The notes under the pieces: generated by a model
Database searches by the model: none
Told to the model about the DNA's origin: nothing
Seen by the model: only the letters and a program-made list of their open reading frames with translations
Part shown: positions 43,099 to 52,522 of the stretch, piece after piece
How positions within the stretch are numbered: the stretch's first letter is position 1
How the letters are laid out: each line of letters starts with the position of its first letter
Translations under genes and position numbers: made by a program
IMG/VR virus record: IMGVR_UViG_3300009174_000002
Span: 1 to 64,000 of that record
Direction: 5' to 3' (one strand)
DNA from: a virus
Length of the DNA stretch: 64,000 nucleotides

Positions 43099-43497
43099 TT
43101 AAAATTCTATTCCTACTAATTTAAGATATGAAGTTTTCTTATTAAAAAAAGGATTAGAAATAAATGTATTCATATGTTCAATTACAAAATGAAAAAGATT
43201 AAAATAACTTAATAAGGGTATTACAGCACTTCTTCTTCCTTTATATTTAGGAAATTTTGTTTTAAAATATTCTTCGGCTTTTTCTTTATCATTTCTTCTA
43301 ATTAAATATATTGCTTCATCTCCTATTACTTGAATAACCCAAATATTTTCAAACATTTCACTTCCATATTTTTCTAATCCATCTTTTATTATTTTCCTTT
43401 TTCTTTCTTTTTCCTTTTGTTTTCTATCTTCAATCTTTCTAGGCTTGAATAGATTTTCTTCTTCAGATTCAAACAATATTTTATCAACTAATTTCAT
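43099..43497 (-). CDS. FKPRR-tag family protein (class B)
   Basis: MKLVDKILFE-SEEENLFKPRKIEDR. Confidence 0.8.
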   Translation of the reverse strand: MKLVDKILFESEEENLFKPRKIEDRKQKEKERKRKIIKDGLEKYGSEMFENIWVIQVIGDEAIYLIRRNDKEKAEEYFKTKFPKYKGRRSAVIPLLSYFNLFHFVIEHMNTFISNPFFNKKTSYLKLVGIEF

Positions 43498-43529
43498 TTA
43501 GTTTCTTTATTTTTATTTAAATATGGACA

Positions 43530-43889
43530 ATGGAAAAAGAAGTTTGCGGAAAATGCAAGATTAATATAGCTACTTGGTGTCTTATGTGTGCTCCCAGAGT
43601 TTTAGATCCTTTTTATTGCAACAATTGTGTGCCCAGAGGATGTGATTGTAATAATAAATATACAAAAGATTATATAGGTGATTTTGAACCTGATAATCCT
43701 CCTACAGAGTTAAAATATTTTAACAGATGGAAATGGATTATCCCTGGAGAAATATGGAGATGGTTGGATGAGGATGGAAGAGAAAATCCCTGTTGTGAAT
43801 TTGAATATGAAAAAGAAGGATGGAATATTGAAAAATATGAAGAAAGAGATACTTATACACCTCATAATTGGAGAGATCCAGTAGAATAA
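43530..43889 (+). CDS. Cys-rich small protein on the opposite strand
   Basis: CxxC, CxxC, CxxCVPRGCxC and PCCEF motifs. Confidence 0.65.
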   Translation: MEKEVCGKCKINIATWCLMCAPRVLDPFYCNNCVPRGCDCNNKYTKDYIGDFEPDNPPTELKYFNRWKWIIPGEIWRWLDEDGRENPCCEFEYEKEGWNIEKYEERDTYTPHNWRDPVE

Positions 43890-43891
43890 TA

Positions 43892-45016
43892 TTATCTTAT
43901 TTCTTTTAATAATCTTTCTTTTATTACTTCAATATTATTTTCTATATCGCTTTGCCAAAAGTACAGAACTTTATAATCATTACTCTCAGCTAGATATAAT
44001 TTTCTTTTATCATTTTTTATATTATGTTTTTGCACCTCATGTGTAGGACCGTTAATATACTTTTTAGGATTACAATGCCACCAATCTCCATGTATCTCTA
44101 TTAAGATGTTTTCATTTTTAATTTTAAAATCATAAAGTTTATTACATAAATTATATTGCTTTTCATATTCAATTTTCTCCTTAATAAGTAATTCTTCGAA
44201 TATATCTTCAGTTTCGGAAGTTTTAATCTTATGTTCATTTTCTTTAAGCCATTTTATTCTTTTTATTCTTTGTAATTCTTTATTTTCTTCATCTTTCCAA
44301 TATTCTTTGAAATGTTTATTATACTCGGTATCATAAGTACCTTCATCTTTCATTTTCTGTAATCTTAAATTAATTGCCTCACTTACTTGTTTCTTAATTC
44401 TATTTCCTTTTTCCTCTCCATATCTTTCTTCATATTTCTTCCCTTTTAATCTTTTGCTAGTTTCTATTTTCTCCTCCTCTGAAATAACTCTACCAAGTCT
44501 TTCTCTTTTGCCCTCTGCAAACTCTTTCTTTGTAGTATCCCATTTCTTTCTAATAACTTTGGCAGCAGTTTCAGGGTTATCTCTGGTAGGATTATTTCCT
44601 TCTAATCTTACATAATGTCCATGTATAAAATCATCAAATCTAGGTTGGCCGTTTCTCGGTTTAGTAAAAGTACCACATCCACATTTACAACGAGGTCTTT
44701 CTTGACCTTTATAACTAATTAACATTATAGCCTCTTCTAATTGTATTTTATGTATTTTTCTATACCAAGTATACAAACCATATAAAGTTTTATGTCTAGT
44801 ATTATCAATATCACATATAAAAGGAAATTCTTTTTCTGATCTGTCTAATTCTCTACTTCTTTCTGGTAAACCCATATGATTGGCACAAAGTGACAAAGAT
44901 TTCATAGTAAATCCAGGAAATATTCTTAATAATTCTTCTTTAGATAGAATATTATAAGTTTTCTTAAGTAATTCTTTTTGCTCAAGGGTAAATTTAGACT
45001 TTCTTTCTTTTCTCAT
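43892..45016 (-). mobile_element. Free-standing homing-type endonuclease (Zn-binding N-terminus, Vsr/DUF559-like C-terminus)
   Basis: CKCGCG; YDFKI..LIEIHGDWWHCNP..D..K..YFWQ. Confidence 0.7.
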
Positions 45017-45096
45017 TTTTTGTTTTAAAAATAATAAAAGAAAAATCTAAAGACAAATTGTAGTATAAAATAATCAAACATAATTTTTCTAAATAT

Positions 45097-45131
45097 AAAA
45101 CATAAAAAAAGGATTAATAAAATTAATCCTT
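45097..45131 (-). terminator. Intrinsic terminator after tail tube
   Basis: GGATTAAT/ATTAATCC stem plus T7-ATGTTTT. Confidence 0.75.
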
Positions 45132-45172
45132 AGGTAATAAATTTATATAACTTATTAATAATCAAGCAGTTA

Positions 45173-45667
45173 TCAGAACTCTTGAATGCAGTAATCATAC
45201 GCAATCGTAAGTGTTACTAAGGCTGGATCTGCATCTGATTCTTGATCCAAATCTCCTCCATCAATATCAGCAATAAAACATCCATAGAAATTCCATTGTT
45301 GAACAGGATTGCCACATTCATCTTCCATAACCAGGGTAATATTCTTTTTATAAATAGAAGGATAACTTCCACAACCTGTAATAGGATCAAAATGTTCTCT
45401 TTGCCATGCCTGGAATTTCTGCATCACTGAAGGCCCTACTACATCTCTAAATTCTACTGTAATATTTTCATATTTAGTAGCTCCTTTATATTTTGTAAAG
45501 AAGTTTTTATACTTTAATTCTTTAACAGTATTTGTTATTTTAGGTCTAGCAGCTTTTACTTCGAAACGTTCCGAAATACCCATTTCAGGTGGAAATATAA
45601 TTGACCAAAGATCTTTCCTGATTAGAGGAAATTCATTGGGGATGCCCGAGAAAAGTGAATTGCTCAT
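45173..45667 (-). CDS. Tail tube protein (T4 gp19-like)
   Basis: AARPKI..YENITVEFRD..AWQR..YKKNITL..QWNFYGCF..LTIAYDY. Confidence 0.85.
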   Translation of the reverse strand: MSNSLFSGIPNEFPLIRKDLWSIIFPPEMGISERFEVKAARPKITNTVKELKYKNFFTKYKGATKYENITVEFRDVVGPSVMQKFQAWQREHFDPITGCGSYPSIYKKNITLVMEDECGNPVQQWNFYGCFIADIDGGDLDQESDADPALVTLTIAYDYCIQEF

Positions 45668-45683
45668 TTTTTATAATATTTAA

Positions 45684-46589
45684 CTAGTTAGTTATTAATT
45701 TTTTAATTAAGATTTTACCATCTTTAGCTCTATTAACTATTATTTCAACAGGCTTAATTTTACTGGCTACTTCTTTGATTTTTAAATATTGTGGATTATT
45801 ATCTTTTTTTAATAATTCATAAGTATAAGTAGATTTTATTTCTATATATCTATCCTCGAATTCAAAATCTGGATAATAAAATCCTAAAGTTGTTAAAATA
45901 GGTTTAGTTTTAGTTGGTAAATTTTTTCCTTGTTTTACTAATTGTTCAATATATTGTCTTTCGCAATTTCCCTGACATCTTAATCCATATATTTCATAAA
46001 ATTTACCTTTAGGATTTTTTCTCCTATCAATTAATTCCTGTAATTCTTCTGGATGGTCCTCCCAATATTTTTGTTGAGTTTTTACTCTTCTTTTTAAAGT
46101 TTTATTCATTCTTTCTTCTCCATCTTCATATCTATCTTTTAAAGCTCCTATAAATCCCTTTCCTTCATACATTTTAGAAAGTTGTTTATTTCTACAACTT
46201 TTACAAACAGTGTTATCTCTAATGGAAGATTTTAAATAATATTTAGATTTATAATACAATATACTATCGCAACCTTCATTTGGACATTTTTTAAAAAATT
46301 CTGTCTTTTTGTTTTTATCAAACTTAAATTTTTGAGTACAAGTAGGACATAATAGATTTTTCTTTTCTGCACTTGCCATATGATCATATGTAGTATATTC
46401 TATTTTATTTTCTTTACATTCGTTACAAAGTCTAAAAAATGGTCCAATATCTCTTCCTTTATAATTATGTCCTTTTAGTTTCTTTAACTCAGGAGTAATT
46501 TCAATAGTTTGTTTCCATAGTATCATTAACAAAAAAATTGGTTTATACTTGTAAATATAAACCAAAGTTCTTTTAAAAATAAATTCCAA
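45684..46589 (-). mobile_element. Putative homing endonuclease (Zn ribbons plus PD-(D/E)xK); start probably 46526
   Basis: Several CxxC motifs; YYPDFEFEDRYIEIKSTYT. Confidence 0.65.
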
Positions 46590-46632
46590 CTAATATATCA
46601 TATTCTTTACTTTTAAATGTAACATTTGTTCA

Positions 46633-46992
46633 TTATATTTCTTCTATTATATATCCTTTAGGTACTCCTTGTTCTGTGTAAGGAATATTTCTATTCATAT
46701 CTCTATCTTCTTCTTGTGCTTTTTGTCTTTCTACATTTAAATAAGAACGCTTAGCATATCTTTTCAGATAATTTAAATCATCAAATCCTCCCAACCAATC
46801 TTTACTATTTCTATCGGTAATTCTATATAATTGGAATGGTTTACTAGATTCTTTTGCATCTTCAACTTCTTCTGAAGTGTCAGAGTAAAATTCATCTCCA
46901 TCAAATTCTTTTATAATAACTGTCTTACCAGAATACTTTTCTAAAAGATTTTTTATAACAAATATTTTTCTTTTATTTAATATTTTTTTCAT
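46633..46992 (-). CDS. Putative internal head protein with LLEKYSxKxV leader
   Basis: NLLEKYSGKTVIIKE. Confidence 0.55.
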   Translation of the reverse strand: MKKILNKRKIFVIKNLLEKYSGKTVIIKEFDGDEFYSDTSEEVEDAKESSKPFQLYRITDRNSKDWLGGFDDLNYLKRYAKRSYLNVERQKAQEEDRDMNRNIPYTEQGVPKGYIIEEI

Positions 46993-47000
46993 TGATTAAA

Positions 47001-48290
47001 TTAAATATGAAAAAATTCAAGTATTTCAGCCATAGCAGCAAAAACATGTAATAATTCTCCGGCTACCTTCATTCCAGGTCTGGCTTTAACTTTTATTTTT
47101 TCTATAGCTGCTTTTTTATTTGAATTACTCATTTTTGAAGTATCTAAATTCATAATAACCTCTAAAGTTTCCTCAATATTTAAATTTTCTAAAGTATTGG
47201 TTATTTTTTTTATATCATAAATTTCTACTTGTGTAATTCCTTCGTTTGGATCTTTTGATTTATGATAATATTTTATTGGAAGTTTGGGTACTGGTTTATC
47301 TTCAAATATTACTTTCTTACTAGAATACTTTTCAAGAAGTTTGGTAAGATTTTGTATTTCTTTTTGTTTAACACCTTCTTTTTTGTGTTTATTTAAAATA
47401 CCATCTTGTTTAGTTTTTTGAATATTTTCATTTTTCTTATTACGAAAATACTCTACTTGCTTTAACCTTTTATTTGCTTCGTCTTCATTATCATAAGGTC
47501 CTCCTAAATTCTTTCCAGAATGACTTTTAACATAATATTTTCCATTTTCCTTTTTAACAAACTCTTTTAAAAAACCTTTATTAACTGAGTTAGTTAATAC
47601 TTTATTTTTTTTAGTATTTTGTTTTTCTTCCTTTAATATTTCTTTTTTCATTTCAGAAATTATAGGTATTATTAAATTTAATTCTTTCATGATTTTAGAT
47701 TCATCATATTGAGAGAAATATTTTATAAAATCGCTTAAATAAATATATTCTATATCTAATGTCTTATTATTAAATATTGTACTTAAAAAATTACTTCTTG
47801 AAGCCAATTTACATATTAAAGGAAGTTTTTGAGGATTCTTTTTTAATTTTTTAAAAATTAACATAATATTTAACTGCATATCTTTTAAATCATCTAAAAA
47901 ATCTTCTTGTACTTTCTGTACACCTAATTCTTTTAATAATTTTTTATTTTCATGTAAAGTATATGTTTCATCATCATCTGGAGTATCTGTGAATTCTACA
48001 CTATATAGAAATTTCCATTTTTCTTGTTCCCAACTCCATATAGCTCTGTTGGTATTTATAAAACCATTATTCTCATATTCTATTTCTGCAATAATAAAAT
48101 CATTGTGCAAAACAATTTTAATAATTTTACATTTTACTTTATTGTCACCAGTATAAACATCTATAATACTTCCTTTAGGAAATTTTCTAACAATATCCAA
48201 TTGTTTTTCTTTTAACTCATCTTCTCTATCCTCTATTCTTCGAGGCTTAAAGATATTTTCTTCGGATTCAAATATTAAATTATCAAACAT
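47001..48290 (-). CDS. FKPRR-tag polyprotein
   Basis: MFDNLIFE-SEENIFKPRRIEDR; internal LKE sites; LLEKYSSKKVIFE. Confidence 0.75.
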   Translation of the reverse strand: MFDNLIFESEENIFKPRRIEDREDELKEKQLDIVRKFPKGSIIDVYTGDNKVKCKIIKIVLHNDFIIAEIEYENNGFINTNRAIWSWEQEKWKFLYSVEFTDTPDDDETYTLHENKKLLKELGVQKVQEDFLDDLKDMQLNIMLIFKKLKKNPQKLPLICKLASRSNFLSTIFNNKTLDIEYIYLSDFIKYFSQYDESKIMKELNLIIPIISEMKKEILKEEKQNTKKNKVLTNSVNKGFLKEFVKKENGKYYVKSHSGKNLGGPYDNEDEANKRLKQVEYFRNKKNENIQKTKQDGILNKHKKEGVKQKEIQNLTKLLEKYSSKKVIFEDKPVPKLPIKYYHKSKDPNEGITQVEIYDIKKITNTLENLNIEETLEVIMNLDTSKMSNSNKKAAIEKIKVKARPGMKVAGELLHVFAAMAEILEFFHI

Positions 48291-48304
48291 TTTAAAAAAT
48301 TATT

Positions 48305-49990
48305 TTAAATTGATACTCTTTTCTTTCTTTCATCTATAGCATTTAAAATGTATTCATCTATTTCTTCTGATCCTTTGTCTACATAATCATCCAATAAACC
48401 TTTTGTTGTTGTTATTGAATATACTTGTTTATTTTGCGCTCTAGCCCTCATTCCCATTCCATGAAGCATAGAAGAAGTACTTCTGGTTTGATCAAAATCA
48501 TCAAAGTTTATTTCTTCATCTGAATCTTGATCAGTTGCTAATAACTGTAAATTTTCTATATCTAAAGTTTTTCTATAGGAGCCATCATTATTTTTTTTAA
48601 ATTCCTCTCCACCTACAAATACATATACTGATTGATTTCTGCCTATATTTTGGTATTTATTAATTAGATATTGTATTGTAAAATTACCTTTTGCAGTTTT
48701 AGCTAATTTATCAGTTAATTCTTTTATTTCTTTTTCAGAAAATTTTGTTTTAAGCAGATTTAAATCTTCTGTACTTTGTAGTAAATCTGGTATAATTAAT
48801 AAAATTTGAGAAAACTTTTCTTTATCTAAATTTTTTATAAAATTTAAAACTGTTTTTCTGCTATCTGGTAAATTAGTAATGGAATCTTTATTTATTTTAA
48901 AAAATTGTAACATTTGTTCAAAAGGAAGTTTAAATACTAAATTTAAAATAGCATGATAATTAGTATTGTATTCAAATTTATCAGGCTTTTTCATCATAGC
49001 ATCTACCAATGGTTTAGCAATAACTGCACCTCTATCTTCCATTCTTCTAGGTTTAAAAAGATTATTTTCTTCATCTTCAAATATCACTTTTTTATTGGAA
49101 TATTTTTCAAGTAATCGAACTAATTCATTTAATTTTTTTGCTTCTTTAATATTAATTTCTCCATTGCTCAATAAATCTAATATACCAGGTAAGTTTATAT
49201 CTGTTTGAGGCATAACATTTCTACTTGGCGCACCTAAAACTGGTTTATTTTTTATTTGCATGTTTTTAACATTATTCCAAATATAATCAGCGGTATGATC
49301 AGGAGATTGATGACCTAATTCGGATTGAAAAACCTCAAAAACTTCATCATTCATTGTATTTAATACATAATCTTTTATTTGTTTTTCATTCGCTTTAAAA
49401 AGATTAGTACCTTGAACATTTTCAGTAGGTACGGTTCCTGTAGAAACATAAATTGCTTCTTCGGTAGCCTTTAAAGCAGATAAAGGCTTTATACCTTCTT
49501 TTTCTAAATTTACAGCATCTAAATGACAATCTGGATTAATTACATAAACTTGTGACCAACGATGATGACCATCAATTATATTTTTTTCATTAAAAGTTAG
49601 AATTTCATTATTTCCTAATTTTATAGGTCCACCTGATAAAATTAATTTTATTTCATCCGGTTTTTTTAAGGGATAACTTAAAGATTTAGTTATATCTACT
49701 TCGTTTTGTGTAGGATGTAAATTCTTAGCGGGTATAGTAGTTTTACTTATATTGAATTTATCGTTTTCATTATTTTTATTCTTCTTTAAAAAAGTTTGTA
49801 ATTTTTCATTACCAGGAAGTTGAGATAAACCTTTTACAAACTGTATATAAGGTTTATTTGTTAATTTATCTAATCTATTTTCTAGTTTATGTTCTTGGGT
49901 AATTTCGGTAATAGGTATTCTTTCAGATTCTTTTCTTAATTTTGAATATTCAGATAATAATTTTTTAATATGTTGTTTTTTCTTACTCAT
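48305..49990 (-). CDS. Polyprotein: ParB/Srx-like domain plus FKPRR-tagged unit
   Basis: LHPTQNEV..IIDGHHRW; LLEKYSNKKVIFE-DEENNLFKPRRMEDR. Confidence 0.7.
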   Translation of the reverse strand: MSKKKQHIKKLLSEYSKLRKESERIPITEITQEHKLENRLDKLTNKPYIQFVKGLSQLPGNEKLQTFLKKNKNNENDKFNISKTTIPAKNLHPTQNEVDITKSLSYPLKKPDEIKLILSGGPIKLGNNEILTFNEKNIIDGHHRWSQVYVINPDCHLDAVNLEKEGIKPLSALKATEEAIYVSTGTVPTENVQGTNLFKANEKQIKDYVLNTMNDEVFEVFQSELGHQSPDHTADYIWNNVKNMQIKNKPVLGAPSRNVMPQTDINLPGILDLLSNGEINIKEAKKLNELVRLLEKYSNKKVIFEDEENNLFKPRRMEDRGAVIAKPLVDAMMKKPDKFEYNTNYHAILNLVFKLPFEQMLQFFKINKDSITNLPDSRKTVLNFIKNLDKEKFSQILLIIPDLLQSTEDLNLLKTKFSEKEIKELTDKLAKTAKGNFTIQYLINKYQNIGRNQSVYVFVGGEEFKKNNDGSYRKTLDIENLQLLATDQDSDEEINFDDFDQTRSTSSMLHGMGMRARAQNKQVYSITTTKGLLDDYVDKGSEEIDEYILNAIDERKKRVSI

Positions 49991-50023
49991 TTACTATTTT
50001 TCAAATCTTTTAATTATAAGTTT

Positions 50024-50461
50024 TTATTTTAAATTATTATCTCTATCAAACTTTAATTCTTCAATAATTATATTTAATAATTGTTTTTCGTTTTTAATAC
50101 CCTTATATCTATTTTTTATCTCATCTTTTTTACCCTTAAACCAATGATATTTTGTAACAAATACTTTTTCTTCTTTTTTATTCCATATAAAAAGATAATT
50201 AAAAAGTAGAGTAGTATTAACTATTCTAGTTTTTAAATGAATTCTAATTTCATTTTTCTTTTTTATTTGTGTTAAATCATAAGTGTTAAGATCAACGATG
50301 ATTATATTTTCATCATTTCTCAATAAATTAGTTAATTTTGTTCTAAATTCATCCCTCATTTTTTCTTCAGGTGTTCTCAAATCAGGCCGTGTAGTTAAAC
50401 GTCTAGGCTTGAACAAATTTTCTTCTTCAGATTCTTTTAAGATTTTATTTACTAAATCCAT
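50024..50461 (-). CDS. FKPRR-tag family protein (class D)
   Basis: MDLVNKILKE-SEEENLFKPRRLTTR. Confidence 0.8.
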   Translation of the reverse strand: MDLVNKILKESEEENLFKPRRLTTRPDLRTPEEKMRDEFRTKLTNLLRNDENIIIVDLNTYDLTQIKKKNEIRIHLKTRIVNTTLLFNYLFIWNKKEEKVFVTKYHWFKGKKDEIKNRYKGIKNEKQLLNIIIEELKFDRDNNLK

Positions 50462-50471
50462 CTAAAGTAAT

Positions 50472-50744
50472 TTATTCTGAAAAATAATATGGCCAAAGCA
50501 AAATTATTCCTTCAAAAACTTTTTCACTTTCAGTACCATTTCCAAAAATAATATGTTGAAGAAAGTTAGCAAATTTTTTATCAGGAATTTGTCCTAATTT
50601 GGCAAGAAATTCAGATTTTATTCGTTTTTCATCTTCTAAATTTCTATTTTCTTTTTTTTGTATTCTCCTAGAATTAAAAGGATTTACTTCAGATTCATTT
50701 AAGATTCTAGTTATTAAATCCTTAGATTTTAATATTGATTTCAT
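50472..50744 (-). CDS. Degenerate FKPRR-tag family protein
   Basis: LITRILNE-SEVNPFNSRRIQKK; ATG at 50744 lies just after TATTTAAA. Confidence 0.6.
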   Translation of the reverse strand: MKSILKSKDLITRILNESEVNPFNSRRIQKKENRNLEDEKRIKSEFLAKLGQIPDKKFANFLQHIIFGNGTESEKVFEGIILLWPYYFSE

Positions 50745-50810
50745 TTTAACTTTAAATAATGGTTTTACCATATTTATTCTAAAGGTTTAAAAATAACTTT
50801 TATCAGATAT

Positions 50811-50846
50811 AACATAAAAAAGCCTATCTATAAAAGATAGGCTTTT
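50811..50846 (-). terminator. Intrinsic terminator
   Basis: GCCTATCT/AGATAGGC stem plus T6-ATGTT. Confidence 0.75.
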
Positions 50847-50871
50847 AGAAAAAAAAATTAAAATTTATAAA

Positions 50872-51198
50872 CTACGCTGTATGACTTGCCGTTTTATTCT
50901 TTTTAATTTCTTCCATTTGTGTTTCTCCTGGCTCTATTGAACCCAGTAGTTCTTCATCGGTTAAGTGATTATTTAACCAATGATAGGCTTCATATGCCTT
51001 ACATAAGGTAAAAGCATCGGTTTCATGATGAAATCGTTTTTTAATTTCTTCTGAAGATAAATTTTCATTTAAAACCAGAACCTGGGCATTTATCGCTTTG
51101 TGAATGTTTTTTCCATAATTTGAATTGTCAGAAATTTCATCTCTTAAATTGCTTAATTTAGAAATCATTTCATTGATTTGTGTCTTAGTCTTGTTCAT
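50872..51198 (-). CDS. Hypothetical protein
   Basis: Clean ORF. Confidence 0.5.
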   Translation of the reverse strand: MNKTKTQINEMISKLSNLRDEISDNSNYGKNIHKAINAQVLVLNENLSSEEIKKRFHHETDAFTLCKAYEAYHWLNNHLTDEELLGSIEPGETQMEEIKKNKTASHTA

Positions 51199-51359
51199 AA
51201 ATTAAATTTTTTAAAAATGGAAAAATTAAAAATTCTATGCGATAAAAGTATATTAGTTATTGGTTTTTTCCAAAAAATAATTTTGATTTTTAGAAGTCTA
51301 CTATAAATAAGTAATTTTTAATTTGCTGTTAAAGACATCAAGAAAAAACAAAATGAAAA

Positions 51360-52410
51360 TTAGAGAATGATTATTTCCTTAATTTCAGTATTTGAATCCA
51401 TTATAATTATTTCTATTGGTTTTATATTTTGATTAATCCATTGAATTTTTTTAAATTGTTTTTTAGTATACTCGCCATTAATATTTTCTTTTTCACCTAA
51501 AAAGATTTCTTTAGTATAAGTGGATTTAATTTCTATATATCTATCTTTGAATTCAAAATCAGGATGATAAATACCAAAAGGTGTTTTTACAAATATTTTA
51601 TCTAAAAAAGGCAATTGTAAGTTATTATTAATTAAATATTCAATATAAAATTTTTCACTTCTTCCTTGACATTTATATCCATTTACTTCATAGAATTTAC
51701 ATTTAGGAAATGTAGTTATACCTTTTTCTAATTTTTCTTGTAAAGTATTAGCTTTTTTAATAAGCGTTTCTATAGTAGGTTTTTTTTCCTAACATTCTTT
51801 CACTTGCCAATTTCCTCATCTCTTCTCTTTTCATATGATTATTTTCACCAGAGATTTTTTTAGAAATTTTTTCTCCTCTTTTTTTTAATATCTCTTGTTT
51901 AGAAGGATCGTTTTTTATTTCTTGCCATTTTTTCTTTAAAGCCTTACTTTGTTTTTGTTTAATCACTTCTTTTTCCTGTTGAGACTTATTTTGTTTCGTT
52001 TCTGAAGATTTTTTATATCTTTCTAAATATTTTTCTGGATTAGTATTATAAATTTGTTTTTGAGCATTTGACATTCTTTCTCTACTTTCTTTACTTCTTT
52101 TCATACCTCGTTGTTTATTGGCAGTTTTTTCTTGTTTTTCTGACATCTGCTCAGGAGTATATTTAGAATATGTTTCCTTAATACTTTTGGCTCTTCTATT
52201 AATTATTTCTTGATATTTTATAGGATTATCATTTTTTAATTTTTCTATTGCATTTTTTTTATTTTGTTTTATTTTAAGAAAATATTCTGAATCGTTTAAA
52301 ATTTGTTTATATCTTCTAAATTTTTTCTTTTCTGATCTTGTTAATACTCCTTTATTTTGTAATTCTAAAAATGCCTTTTGCACTGATTCATGATTTTGTT
52401 TTATTCTCAT
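51360..52410 (-). pseudogene. NUMOD3-like plus PD-(D/E)xK homing endonuclease split by a +1 homopolymer frameshift at 51780-51787
   Basis: Removing one base gives a 349-aa ORF …GKKPTIETLIKK…YKCQGRSEKFYI…YHPDFEFKDRYIEIKSTYT, paralogous to 45684-46589. Confidence 0.7.
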
Positions 52411-52461
52411 TTTTTATTTTTAAATATCATTAATGAGAATAAAATCAATTATAATTTAAAC

Positions 52462-52501
52462 AAAACATAAAAAAAAGAGTAGTTTATAATAACTACTCTT
52501 T
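52462..52501 (-). terminator. Intrinsic terminator after tail sheath
   Basis: GAGTAGTT/AACTACTC stem plus T8-ATGTTTT. Confidence 0.75.
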
Positions 52502-52522
52502 AAACACTTTTTAGATTAAATT

